Part shown: positions 19,486-28,847 of the stretch, in pieces
How positions within the stretch are numbered: position 1 is the stretch's first letter
Layout: the number at the start of each line of letters is the position of its first letter
From: Thermoplasmata archaeon
GTDB taxonomy: Archaea; Thermoplasmatota; Thermoplasmata; Thermoplasmatales; ARK-15
Reading direction: 5' to 3'
Assembly: GCA_023261745.1 (NCBI GenBank)
Contig: JAGDXR010000026.1
Coordinates: 1 to 44,329 of the forward strand
DNA: 44,329 nt
Program-made: the position numbers and the translations under genes
The notes under the pieces: generated by a model
Database searches by the model: none
Seen by the model: only the letters and a program-made list of their open reading frames with translations
Told to the model about the DNA's origin: nothing

Positions 19486-21409
19486 CCTCGTCACCCTCAA
19501 CTTCTTCTATTATTGATTTTAATGATTCAATATTCCAGTCTCCTGGCAAAGGTTCTGCTCCAACTACATGAACGGGATCAATACCTTCTATGTAATATGT
19601 AGTTTCAGAATAATCCGATTTAATTTTTTCAAGCTCAAAGTATAAATCAAGCCTTTTTAATGGGTCCAGATTTTCAATCACCCATACAATGTAATCATTC
19701 TTCTGATCATATTCACCAAACGGTTTTATTGATTCAGGCAAAACTGCGCCATCCGTGTAGTCGGCATATAACTTGAAAGATTTTTTATCGGATGTATAAT
19801 TAATTACGCTTACATTTATTTTCGCCCTGTTTTCAGTTACTTCTACTCTTTCATCTATCCAAAGAATATTCATTATTTTTGTTATTACGGGAGATATGTC
19901 AGGAACAGGATTGTTTGTTATCTTTGCACTTTTTTCAGCTATCAGTGGCAGTATCTTCTGAACAAGAAAGAATTTCTCGGATAATTTATTCTTAACTTCT
20001 TTTTTGATTAGATACGTCCTGATCTGCCTGGCAGATTCTTTTAATGCCAGGTCTACTTCCTGCATTATCTCAGGTATTTCAGCAATCGCTTCTTTGGCTT
20101 CGGAGGTGTATGGAACCTTTGTGGATGCCAGGTGGATCATCACTATCATTGGTCCTGTTGGTATGCCAGAGCCCCCTTTCTGTTCCAGCCCATACTTCCT
20201 CCAATCTATATTTTCAACGGCTTTTGTAAGAGCACATGAGCCAGCCTGATACAAGAGTGGAACTCTGTTTGCAAACCTGAGAATCTTGACTGGCTCATCC
20301 GATGGTATGTTACCGCCATAAACCAGACCAACCTCTACTGTAAAAGGATTTCCCGAATATACTGAGGGTTTTCTGGTCACGGGTATTGAATAAAAGCTTG
20401 GCTTTAAATCACCCAAAACGTTCTTCAATCCCTTCTTTATGAGTGTTTCACCTATTGGTGAAAGAGATTCATATGATGGCGGCAGTAATTTTACCTTCAA
20501 AAATGCTTCCTTTAACTTTTTAACTTCTTCAAGCGTAAGTTTGGATGGTTCTCTTTCCGGATCTATACCGGATATCTTCAAAATTTCATTTGCCATCTGG
20601 GAACTTATCCTGCTGAATTCACCAGTCAAAAAGGTTGAAATTTTCTTATAACTTGTTTTCTGTGCAATCTTCATTATTTCACCTATTTCCACCCCATATG
20701 GATGTGGTTTGGTTTCCTTTGGTGGAGATATGGGATCATTCCAGACCCTTTCATACTTTATTTTAAATCCATCAGAGTCCTGAAATGTTATGGTTGCATG
20801 CGGGTTAACTATGGCAGTATTCTGCAGATAATCCATTATACTCTGTTTACCTTTGGTATATTTTCCTTTTAAATTGACAGTTATTTTTACCCCGCTTTTT
20901 TTGTCCGTCAAAAATGGCTCTTCCTTAAGGATAACTGGTTTATTCTTGGCAGTGTCTATATAAAGATCAAACATGTATCCTATATCTTCAGAAATGATCT
21001 TGGATTCTATATGTGCCGGCTTGCCGGTCGTTATCTGCCCATATAAAACTACCGCAGATATACCAATACCCTGCTGACCCCTTGATTGCCTTACAGCATG
21101 AAACCTGGAACCATATAAAAATTGTCCAAATACTTTGGGAACTTCCCTTCTAACAATTCCTGGACCATTATCCTCAACCATTAATCTGTATTCATCCCTG
21201 TCAATCCTTTCCAGATAAATATTTATTTCGGGTAGGATCTTTGCCTCTTCACATGCATCGAGTGAATTGTCCACTGCCTCTTTAACGGCCATGACAAGAG
21301 ATTTCTGAAGGGAATCAAAACCAAGGATTTGCTTGTTTTTTTCAAAAAATTCGGCTATCGATATTTCCTTTTGCCTTTTTGCCAATTCTTCGGAAATATC
21401 AGAATCCAT
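19466..21409 (-). CDS. top6B: DNA topoisomerase VI subunit B with C-terminal extension
   Basis: [40 protein letters not shown] (GHKL), [16 protein letters not shown]. Confidence 0.96.
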   Translation of the reverse strand: MDSDISEELAKRQKEISIAEFFEKNKQILGFDSLQKSLVMAVKEAVDNSLDACEEAKILPEINIYLERIDRDEYRLMVEDNGPGIVRREVPKVFGQFLYGSRFHAVRQSRGQQGIGISAVVLYGQITTGKPAHIESKIISEDIGYMFDLYIDTAKNKPVILKEEPFLTDKKSGVKITVNLKGKYTKGKQSIMDYLQNTAIVNPHATITFQDSDGFKIKYERVWNDPISPPKETKPHPYGVEIGEIMKIAQKTSYKKISTFLTGEFSRISSQMANEILKISGIDPEREPSKLTLEEVKKLKEAFLKVKLLPPSYESLSPIGETLIKKGLKNVLGDLKPSFYSIPVTRKPSVYSGNPFTVEVGLVYGGNIPSDEPVKILRFANRVPLLYQAGSCALTKAVENIDWRKYGLEQKGGSGIPTGPMIVMIHLASTKVPYTSEAKEAIAEIPEIMQEVDLALKESARQIRTYLIKKEVKNKLSEKFFLVQKILPLIAEKSAKITNNPVPDISPVITKIMNILWIDERVEVTENRAKINVSVINYTSDKKSFKLYADYTDGAVLPESIKPFGEYDQKNDYIVWVIENLDPLKRLDLYFELEKIKSDYSETTYYIEGIDPVHVVGAEPLPGDWNIESLKSIIEEVEGDEDGNEEE

Positions 21410-21506
21410 AATAATCACAAATAACTTTTAATTCTCCTTTTTAAATCTTTCGCTGTTGAATTTTTTATTGGTATATAAGATTAATTTGTAAAATATGAAG
21501 AAAATT

Positions 21507-22454
21507 TCAGGTGCAGCATTCCCTATTATATTTATTTTTTTTATCATGTTCGCCCGAATTGTTCTCCTCTTCCTTTATTTCCTTTAAAGTACATATCCTT
21601 TCCGCAAATGCATTGTGTTTGTGAATGCTTTCCTCACTTTCCGATTTGACTGTTATTATGGTATCATCGGGAAAATCTCTATACCTATCATATATTAATT
21701 TTAATGCTTCCCTTACAACATCCTCAACAAACTTTGGATTTTCATGAGCTTTCAGAACAAGCTCCATCTCATCCTTTCTTTTCAATATTTCATAAGTGGA
21801 GTTAGAATAAGATTTTTCAGCAATTTCTATGAGATCATTGATTTCGACCGAATTGCCTTCAGGTATTTCAATTAAAATTGTCAGATTATTCCTCTGGTTA
21901 TGTGATGGAACAGGAATCCTGTCAAGAAAATCTGAATATTCGGGATACCTTTCTTTTAAATGTGCCCTGACAGTTTCCATGGCACATGGACATACAGAAA
22001 TTCCTGTTGATGTAACACCGATCATCTTCCTTATTTTTTTGTTTTCCATAACAACCTTGGAGAAAATTCTGTATCTTTCCTGCGTTACCTTGCCAGAAGG
22101 ATTTTTCCTGTCTAAAAAGTAATCTGAAAATATTTCAACCTCCATCCTTGTCGCGTAGGGATGCCTTTTTGACATCATTTTAACGATATTTTCTCCAAGA
22201 TCCTCTATGCTTGAACAGGGTGTTTTTATACTATTTTCAACTATTTCCTCAATGATTTCAACATTTCTTGACATATCTGCTCCTTTCTTGGTAGATGGTA
22301 AATCCACATATAGATTGATTGTGGGTTGTAAAATAACATTTCTATCAGGTCTTTTTACCACTATCTGTTTTGTAACATTCGTTACACCAACCCTTGTCAG
22401 TTTAAAATTAACCTTTGGCAGTATAGCCTGAATATCCGGGAGATCCTTTTCCAT
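21507..22454 (-). CDS. mptA: GTP cyclohydrolase MptA/FolE2 family
   Basis: LPDIQ, RVGV, VDLP..KKGADMSR, VCPCA, SHNQR, LKRKDE, AHENPKFVEDVVR, ESIHKHNAFA. Confidence 0.92.
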   Translation of the reverse strand: MEKDLPDIQAILPKVNFKLTRVGVTNVTKQIVVKRPDRNVILQPTINLYVDLPSTKKGADMSRNVEIIEEIVENSIKTPCSSIEDLGENIVKMMSKRHPYATRMEVEIFSDYFLDRKNPSGKVTQERYRIFSKVVMENKKIRKMIGVTSTGISVCPCAMETVRAHLKERYPEYSDFLDRIPVPSHNQRNNLTILIEIPEGNSVEINDLIEIAEKSYSNSTYEILKRKDEMELVLKAHENPKFVEDVVREALKLIYDRYRDFPDDTIITVKSESEESIHKHNAFAERICTLKEIKEEENNSGEHDKKNKYNRECCT

Positions 22455-22543
22455 AATTAGCGTAAATTTTTGTATTATATTAATTAATTGTCAGTTAACT
22501 ATATAATAATTTATTTATATTTAATTTTGATAGTCATTATCAT

Positions 22544-23041
22544 ATGAGAAAGAATTTGATGATAGTGGGATCGATTCTCATAATTCTGGGCATAATTCTT
22601 TTCGCTGTTGGCACATATCTCTCTGAAGATTCACTGATCATTTCAAAAAACTGGACAAATTATAATAATAACGTCTGGACATCACAGAAGATAGACGTTC
22701 AATCAGAAGATATTATAGTTGTAATGTCAAAAAACGTATACCTAATAAATTCATCAGAAATAAGCTATGTAAATCAAACAGATATAAAATCAATTACACA
22801 ACAGGCAGTTAGCAATACTTCATCGGGGTTGACATTTATGGTTGAGAAAGGTTCCTATTACATCATTACATTTTCTACCGTTAAACCAAACATTACATAC
22901 TATTATGGATCTGAACCATCACTTATTGCTGGAGGATTAATGATACTAATCGGAATAATTTTGGCAATAATAGGAATAATAATTTTGATCGTGGGATTGA
23001 TAATGAAACCAAAGGTGGTGAAATCAAATGAAATCAAATGA
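22544..23041 (+). CDS. Hypothetical membrane protein (two TM helices flanking an extracytoplasmic domain)
   Basis: Hydrophobic N- and C-terminal helices around an Asn/Ser/Thr-rich region with NxS/T sequons. Confidence 0.7.
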   Translation: MRKNLMIVGSILIILGIILFAVGTYLSEDSLIISKNWTNYNNNVWTSQKIDVQSEDIIVVMSKNVYLINSSEISYVNQTDIKSITQQAVSNTSSGLTFMVEKGSYYIITFSTVKPNITYYYGSEPSLIAGGLMILIGIILAIIGIIILIVGLIMKPKVVKSNEIK

Positions 23042-23405
23042 ACTGCTTGGAATAATATCTGCAGCCCTGGTAATTATTATATCGATAATCATATTTTACT
23101 CAATATATATTTCAGTGAAATCAGAATTTGTTTCTTTTGTTTACATAGGAATTGTTTCACTGATTTTTTCTGTTGCATCATACCTCCTGCATTCTGTGAT
23201 AAAATCATGGAATGTGGTTACATCCTTTTCACTCGGATATTTCGTACTGTTTTTGATGACGACACTTTATTCAACAATGATCATATCATATAATATTATA
23301 TATACAGCCCTAATACTCTTTGTTCTTTTGATATACATAGTATTGCTTTACTGGAGAATTAATGCCCTGAAATCTCAGAAAAATCTGGAAAAAAATTTTA
23401 AATGA
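23028..23405 (+). CDS. Hypothetical membrane protein (about four TM helices)
   Basis: Four hydrophobic stretches; ATG follows AGGTGGTGA RBS and overlaps the upstream stop. Confidence 0.7.
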   Translation: MKSNELLGIISAALVIIISIIIFYSIYISVKSEFVSFVYIGIVSLIFSVASYLLHSVIKSWNVVTSFSLGYFVLFLMTTLYSTMIISYNIIYTALILFVLLIYIVLLYWRINALKSQKNLEKNFK

Positions 23406-23406
23406 T

Positions 23407-24327
23407 TTATTCCTCTTTTATTTTTTCCATTATCATTCCGTTTGATCCATCCATTAAGATTACTTCCTTATGATTGGTTTTCTTCATAAGGCCGGGAAAC
23501 TCTATCTCAAATTTCCAGATTGGTGCATGCAAAATGAATATTTCCTCAACGTTTGGATTTATTGAAATCGATTGTATCTTTTTATACCTCTTTCTTATTT
23601 TTCTATTTACAAAATTTATGACATAATTGTTCTTATTATTTTCAATTGCATCTACCTTTATATCACCATTCATCAGTTTAACGCTTCCGGATACATCTGA
23701 TTCCCTTATTTCCCTTGCTTTGATTATTGTAAATTCATAATCTTCAGGCTGAAATTCTTTAAGGTTGCTTATACCTATTATAGGAATATAAACCTCACCG
23801 GATTCCATGCCTGGCATTGGAATTTCCTGAACCACAGTCCTTCCTCCAAATGACTGAACCTCTGTCTTCATATATACAAAATTTGCAATATAGGATGCTT
23901 TTACAATCCAGTATGGAACATAAAGTAGATTGTTTGACAGTATGGTTGATTTCTCAAACCTGTGTCTATGAAGTATTGATGAATCCATATAATCATGTAG
24001 AATATTCAATGCTTTTTCTGAATTTGGTACCATGATATCAAGAATTAGATGCTTCTTCACTTTTGCCCAGCCACCATTTGGATTTAAAAATATCGTTGTA
24101 CCACAGTAACTGCAAACAACAATGGATTCCCCTGGAAGCGGATTAAGAGGTGCTCCACAGTTAGGGCATTTCATTTCTTTCAGTATTTCTTCATTATTAT
24201 AGGTATTTTTATCCTTCTTTTCTTCCTGTTTCGGTTGCGATGCATTAATATCTTTTATCTTGGTACCACAGTATGGACAGAAAATAACATCTTCCGGAAC
24301 CGTGGCTCCACAGTTCTGACATTTCAT
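23407..24327 (-). CDS. Zinc-ribbon domain protein (YdjG-like architecture)
   Basis: CQNC-x10-CPYC and CPNC-x14-CSYC, then YVPYW and HAPIW motifs; ATGA overlap with the SPFH gene. Confidence 0.75.
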   Translation of the reverse strand: MKCQNCGATVPEDVIFCPYCGTKIKDINASQPKQEEKKDKNTYNNEEILKEMKCPNCGAPLNPLPGESIVVCSYCGTTIFLNPNGGWAKVKKHLILDIMVPNSEKALNILHDYMDSSILHRHRFEKSTILSNNLLYVPYWIVKASYIANFVYMKTEVQSFGGRTVVQEIPMPGMESGEVYIPIIGISNLKEFQPEDYEFTIIKAREIRESDVSGSVKLMNGDIKVDAIENNKNNYVINFVNRKIRKRYKKIQSISINPNVEEIFILHAPIWKFEIEFPGLMKKTNHKEVILMDGSNGMIMEKIKEE

Positions 24328-25493
24328 TTGCCATCACCTGAAGTATTTTCCACCTTCCAGCCACAGTTGGGACAGAATTTTGCTCCAGCCGGTATATCCG
24401 CACCACATTTTGGACATTTAAGATTTAATGGTTTTCCGCAACTGGGACAGAACTTTGAATTCTTTGGTATCTTTGCACCGCAGTACGGACATGTCATCAT
24501 GTCTTCAGAACTGAAATCGTATCCACAGCTGGGACAGAATTTTGCAGATACAGGCACAAGGGATCCACATTTCGGGCATTTTTTTGTTTGTTCCTGCTGC
24601 TGTACCATGCCCTGGGAAATACTCTGCGACATTGGATATGCCATACCAAGACCTGCACCCATTCCCACACCTATTCCTGCACCTGCACCGGCAGCACCTG
24701 AAGGGTTATTGGCAGCATCAACCATTGCTTTCCCCGCCTGAAGTTGCATGTAATTCACTCCCAGTACCTGCATGCTTGCCCTCTCTTCTATTGCCTTCTG
24801 AATCTCTTCTGGCAGTGAAACATTTAATCCTGAAATCTTGTTAATTTCTAGCCCGTACTGATCAAACTGGGTCGGTGCCTCCGCGAGAATCGCAGTTTCT
24901 ATATTCATGAGGTTTGCAGGGATATCAAGGACAGAAAATCCCTGCTGTGACATTTTGCCTAAAACATTGTAAACAAGAATTACCATCTGATCCCTTATCC
25001 TTGAAACAATATCATCGCTTGTTTCAGCTGAAAAGGTACCCACAAACTGGTTTATGAATATCGACGGATCCTTTACTCTGTATCTGATCTCCCCATAAAG
25101 TCTCAATAAAACAATTCCAAAATCCTTATCCCTGAACGCATATGGTTCTTTGGACCCGAATTTCCCATCCATTATTCTTCTCTGAATATAATATACTTCG
25201 GCTTCCTGCTGAACTCCTGAAAGGAGTTTTACAATCTCACCAACCACAGGCGCATTCAATGATGTCAATGCGTATCTTCCTGGCCTGTCTATGTATGCCA
25301 GAACTTTACCATCCCTGAAAAATACAGCAGTTTCATCTTCCCTGACAACAATGTTATCATTCATTCTGATATTTCTTGGAACTTTCCACATTATGTTCTC
25401 CCTTTTATATTCATCGGCCCATTCTACAGTTGTTGCACCTATCACACTATTTCCTGATGAATATGCATCCTTTTTCCTAAACATTTTTATCAT
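24324..25493 (-). CDS. SPFH (band 7) domain protein with C-terminal zinc ribbons (YdjI-like)
   Basis: IVVREDETAVFFRDGK, PGRYAL, KFGSKEP..FRD..FG, LPEEIQKAIEERASM, Gly/Ala-rich linker, three CxxC-x10-CxxC ribbons. Confidence 0.88.
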   Translation of the reverse strand: MIKMFRKKDAYSSGNSVIGATTVEWADEYKRENIMWKVPRNIRMNDNIVVREDETAVFFRDGKVLAYIDRPGRYALTSLNAPVVGEIVKLLSGVQQEAEVYYIQRRIMDGKFGSKEPYAFRDKDFGIVLLRLYGEIRYRVKDPSIFINQFVGTFSAETSDDIVSRIRDQMVILVYNVLGKMSQQGFSVLDIPANLMNIETAILAEAPTQFDQYGLEINKISGLNVSLPEEIQKAIEERASMQVLGVNYMQLQAGKAMVDAANNPSGAAGAGAGIGVGMGAGLGMAYPMSQSISQGMVQQQEQTKKCPKCGSLVPVSAKFCPSCGYDFSSEDMMTCPYCGAKIPKNSKFCPSCGKPLNLKCPKCGADIPAGAKFCPNCGWKVENTSGDGK

Positions 25494-26008
25494 TCTCCGT
25501 AAATTATTTTATCCCTCATATTGTTTATTTCAATCAATTTGGAAACATTATCTGTTATTGCATTCAATTTCTCAGAATTAAATTTTCCAGTAAGAGTATC
25601 AGAATAAAAGGAATCTATACTGTTTTCTAGACCAGAAAGCAAATCAGCAATAGAGGAATCCAGATCATAAACTCTTGATAATTTATCAGCGGTAATCCTT
25701 AAGGGTGCTGATATCCCCGAATATCCGGCTTCATGATGTTTTATCTGTGCTGCAACAGTTTGAATTTTTGATACTGCATCCTTTATGTCTTCAAGGTTCA
25801 TGAACATTCCTTTCTTTACAAGGTTATTTTCAGCCTCCTTTAATTTATCAATATAAAAAAGCATCTTTTTGTATATCTCATTCTTTAAAAAAATGTCAGC
25901 ATCACGGAGATCTTCATTTATCCTGTACCCCCTGTATCCTGGAATTAGCAGCTGTAATTTTTTTATTGCTCCCCTGTCATCGACTACTTCTTTCCTGTAA
26001 TCTGTCAT
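25490..26008 (-). CDS. Conserved hypothetical alpha-helical protein (IPGYRGY motif)
   Basis: KKLQLLIPGYRGYR..EDLRDAD...GYSG motifs; stop overlaps the SPFH start (ATGA). ORF track starts at TTG 26017. Confidence 0.75.
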   Translation of the reverse strand: MTDYRKEVVDDRGAIKKLQLLIPGYRGYRINEDLRDADIFLKNEIYKKMLFYIDKLKEAENNLVKKGMFMNLEDIKDAVSKIQTVAAQIKHHEAGYSGISAPLRITADKLSRVYDLDSSIADLLSGLENSIDSFYSDTLTGKFNSEKLNAITDNVSKLIEINNMRDKIIYGE

Positions 26009-26067
26009 TTTAATCAATCATATCAATCCATGAATAACTATATAAATATTTTTTCAATATCAATAAT

Positions 26068-26844
26068 ATGAAATTTTTCAGATCGCACAATGAATATTAT
26101 ATCATTGAGAAAGGAAAAGGAAGGAAAATAAATGGGGACATATTTTCTTTTGAAATGCAAGAAAGTTTAATAGAAATTCCAGAAACACTTGATCATCCTT
26201 ATGAATATGGAAAAATCCTTCTTGTAGGTAAAAATTATTATGAACATATTAAGGAAATGAATTCTCAAAGGTCAGAAAACCCCACTTTCTTCAGCAAAAC
26301 AAAAAATACACTGATCGGGCACAATCAAAAGATTCTGAAAAATAAGGAAGTGAAAAAATTGGATTATGAAATTGAGCTGGGTATTATCATTGGTAAAAAA
26401 GGTAAGTATATAGAAAAAAAAGATGCCGATGATTATATTTTTGGATATACAATTACAAATGATATTTCTGCAAGGGATTTCCAGTATTCCTTCAACAATC
26501 AGTGGTTTCTGGGAAAATCCATGGATACATTTTTTCCAACCGGACCATACATAGTTACAAAGGATGAAATTGATGATCCCATGAATTTGAATTTAAAATT
26601 GAGGGTTAATGATCAAATAAGACAGGAATCAAACACAAAGAATATGATCTTTGACATTTTTTATTTGATTTCATTTATAAGCACATATATAACACTTGAA
26701 CCAGGGGATATTATATCCACCGGGACGCCTTCGGGTGTAGCCCAAGGAAAGGGAGAAGGATACTTTCTTAAAGATGGCGATGTAATTGAGGCAGAAATAG
26801 AAAAAATTGGAATTCTTAAAAATGTTGTAAAAGATTATTTTTAA
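26068..26844 (+). CDS. Fumarylacetoacetate hydrolase family protein
   Basis: VGKNYYEH, PTFFSK, LDYEIEL, NDISARD, GKSMDTF.PTGP, LEPGDIISTGTPSGV. Confidence 0.93.
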   Translation: MKFFRSHNEYYIIEKGKGRKINGDIFSFEMQESLIEIPETLDHPYEYGKILLVGKNYYEHIKEMNSQRSENPTFFSKTKNTLIGHNQKILKNKEVKKLDYEIELGIIIGKKGKYIEKKDADDYIFGYTITNDISARDFQYSFNNQWFLGKSMDTFFPTGPYIVTKDEIDDPMNLNLKLRVNDQIRQESNTKNMIFDIFYLISFISTYITLEPGDIISTGTPSGVAQGKGEGYFLKDGDVIEAEIEKIGILKNVVKDYF

Positions 26845-26851
26845 AATAATT

Positions 26852-26992
26852 AAATTCTTTCCTTTAGAGAAGTCAGCTACTCCTAACTAAAGCTTCGGAG
26901 CTTATTGCTGGCCTTCCCCTCAACCATGGGCGAGGGTTCATCGAATCGCAACGATCGGCTGGCTGACAGCAACCTGAAGTAGTCCTGAACAT
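26852..26992 (-). ncRNA. Putative TnpB omegaRNA (reRNA): scaffold plus flank-derived guide TTCTCTAAAGGAAAGAATTT
   Basis: GTCAGC (26967..26962) is complementary to the terminal GCTGAC (26877..26872); hairpins CCCTCGCC/GTTGAGGG (26936..26917) and CTCCGAAGC/GTTAGGAG (26900..26880). RNA ends and expression are inferred. Confidence 0.6.
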
Positions 26993-27102
26993 TACTTAAT
27001 ATTATAGAAAACATATTAACAAATCTTCCCTTTGGGGGAAGTCCGTATATCTCTTCTCTGAATACTGAGTTTTACTGCTTCCCTCAAACTCCTAACTTTC
27101 CT
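26872..27102 (-). mobile_element. 231-bp non-autonomous IS200/IS605 derivative (MITE) related to the tnpB element at 1-810
   Basis: Left end homologous to 701-810 with the same 110-nt distance to an ATG; ATGTTCAGGACT mirrors the tnpB start ATGTTCAGAACT; fused directly to a tnpB-3'-like segment and a right-end hairpin ending GTAGCTGAC; TTAT precedes the left end (27106..27103). Confidence 0.85.
27043..27097. repeat. 55-bp dispersed repeat (IS left end), second copy of 751-805
   Basis: 49/55 identical by manual alignment, same orientation. Confidence 0.95.
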
Positions 27103-27159
27103 ATAATATAAAAAGAATAGATTCGATGGAATTAAATAATTTTAAGCAATATACCAGCT

Positions 27160-28089
27160 ATGATATCTGTTATTGGTTCTGGAAGGGTAGGAGCGACAAC
27201 TGCAGCATTTCTAATGATGAACGAGGTCGATAACAACATAGCTATAGTTGATATAATTGAGGGATTACCACAGGGAGAGGCCTTGGATTTAAACCATGCT
27301 GCTGCGATTATGGGCAAAGATGTTAAGGTAGCGGGATCAAATTCATATGAAGCAATAAAAGGTTCAGATATTGTTATAATAACTGCAGGACTGGCAAGAA
27401 AACCAGGGATGACAAGGGAGGAATTAGCTGCAAAAAATGCCCAGATTGTCTTTGATGTAGCTGACAAGGTGAAACAATATGCTCCTAATTCGATTGTAAT
27501 CATAACAACAAACCCGCTTGACGTTATGGTTGCCGTACTGTACAAGAGGTTAGGTTTCCCAAGAAACAGGGTCATAGGGTTCAGCGGTGTTCTCGATTCA
27601 AGAAGGATGGCCTACTATGCATCCCAATATCTCAACATTTCACCATCCGCAATAACGCCACTTGTTTTGGGTCAGCATGGTGAAAACATGTATCCAGTTC
27701 CCGAACTTTCATTCGTATACGGTAAAAGTTTGAAATCATTCCTGACTGATGAACAGTATAACAAAGTTGTCAAGGACACAATTAACGCCGGGGCGGATAT
27801 TACGAATCTTAGGAAATTCAGCAGCAACTGGGGGCCGGGAGCCGGACTTACAGTCATGGCCGAGGCCATTAAGAGAGACAGAAAAATAGCACTCGAAGCA
27901 TCCGTATTGCTGGATGGAGAATACGGTATTAAAGGGTATTTCGCTGAGGTCCCGATAATAATTGGTAAAAACGGTGTGGAGAAAATAATAGAGGTTGACC
28001 TGAGTTCAGAACAGAAAGAAAAATTAATGAAGAGCATTGATGCGATCAAAAACAATCTGAAGCAGGTTCCGGAAGAATATATAAGGTAA
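27160..28089 (+). CDS. mdh: Malate dehydrogenase (LDH-like)
   Basis: IGSGRVG, GLPQGEALDL, TAGLARKPGMTREEL (Arg specificity for malate), TNPLD, GVLDSRR, LGQHG. Confidence 0.93.
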   Translation: MISVIGSGRVGATTAAFLMMNEVDNNIAIVDIIEGLPQGEALDLNHAAAIMGKDVKVAGSNSYEAIKGSDIVIITAGLARKPGMTREELAAKNAQIVFDVADKVKQYAPNSIVIITTNPLDVMVAVLYKRLGFPRNRVIGFSGVLDSRRMAYYASQYLNISPSAITPLVLGQHGENMYPVPELSFVYGKSLKSFLTDEQYNKVVKDTINAGADITNLRKFSSNWGPGAGLTVMAEAIKRDRKIALEASVLLDGEYGIKGYFAEVPIIIGKNGVEKIIEVDLSSEQKEKLMKSIDAIKNNLKQVPEEYIR

Positions 28090-28121
28090 ATTTTTTAAAC
28101 CTCTTTCCTTATTTTTGTTAA

Positions 28122-28847
28122 ATGTTCTATGGTATCGATATAGGAAGCACTACAACTAAGATAATAGGAATGGAGGAGAGGATAGAATATAGAAAGATTC
28201 TTCCCACAATAGAGTTCATTTATTCTGATTATAAGGAAAATTTTCATGATTCCGTATCCACTGGTTATGGGAGATATTCAATAAAATCAAAGATCACAAT
28301 ACCTGAAATAAGGGCTCATGTAATAGGAGCTGTATATCAAACGGGGTTGAAAGATTTTGTACTTCTGGATATCGGTGGTCAGGATTTTAAGATAATAAAT
28401 GTTAAAAATGGATTTCTGGATGATTTTGCAACAAATGATAAATGTGCAGCAGGGACTGGAAGATTCCTTGAAAAAATGGCGAATGTCTTAAATGTTGATA
28501 TCAATATCCTTTCAAGAAATTATGAGGATCCCGTAAAAATAAACAGTACCTGTACGGTATTTGCAGAAACTGAACTGGTTGGTTTGATGATGGAAAAATA
28601 TCCAAAGGAAAGGCTTATGGCAGGCATAAACCATGCTGTTTATGAAAGGATCAGGCCATATATCATGAAATTCAGGCCTAAAAGAATTGTTTTTACCGGG
28701 GGTGTTGCAAATAACATGGCCATAGCCAGAATAATTGAAGAAAAATCTGGGATGGATGTGATTGTACCGGATGATCCACAGGCAAATGGAGCCATTGGAT
28801 GTGCCATATATTCTAAGAAAATACATCAGAGATCCATTATACCATAA
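28122..28847 (+). CDS. 2-hydroxyacyl-CoA dehydratase activase family ATPase (BadF/BadG/BcrA/BcrD)
   Basis: GIDIGSTTTK, STGYGR, LDIGGQDFK, NDKCAAGTGRFLE, STCTVFAETE, TGGVANN, GAIGCA. Confidence 0.92.
   Translation: MFYGIDIGSTTTKIIGMEERIEYRKILPTIEFIYSDYKENFHDSVSTGYGRYSIKSKITIPEIRAHVIGAVYQTGLKDFVLLDIGGQDFKIINVKNGFLDDFATNDKCAAGTGRFLEKMANVLNVDINILSRNYEDPVKINSTCTVFAETELVGLMMEKYPKERLMAGINHAVYERIRPYIMKFRPKRIVFTGGVANNMAIARIIEEKSGMDVIVPDDPQANGAIGCAIYSKKIHQRSIIP

Noticed and set aside
26852..26871. MITE guide targeting a site in this window, such as the oppA or tRNA promoter
   Set aside because: By eye I found no TTAT-adjacent match to the seed TTCTCTAAAG; only the AT-rich distal part (AAAGAATTTA, 843-852) recurs. 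A computational search is still needed.
26873..26992. 39-codon ORF in the MITE (MFRTTSGCCQPADRC...)
   Set aside because: An out-of-frame by-product of the tnpB deletion; the sequence is better explained as RNA scaffold and right end.
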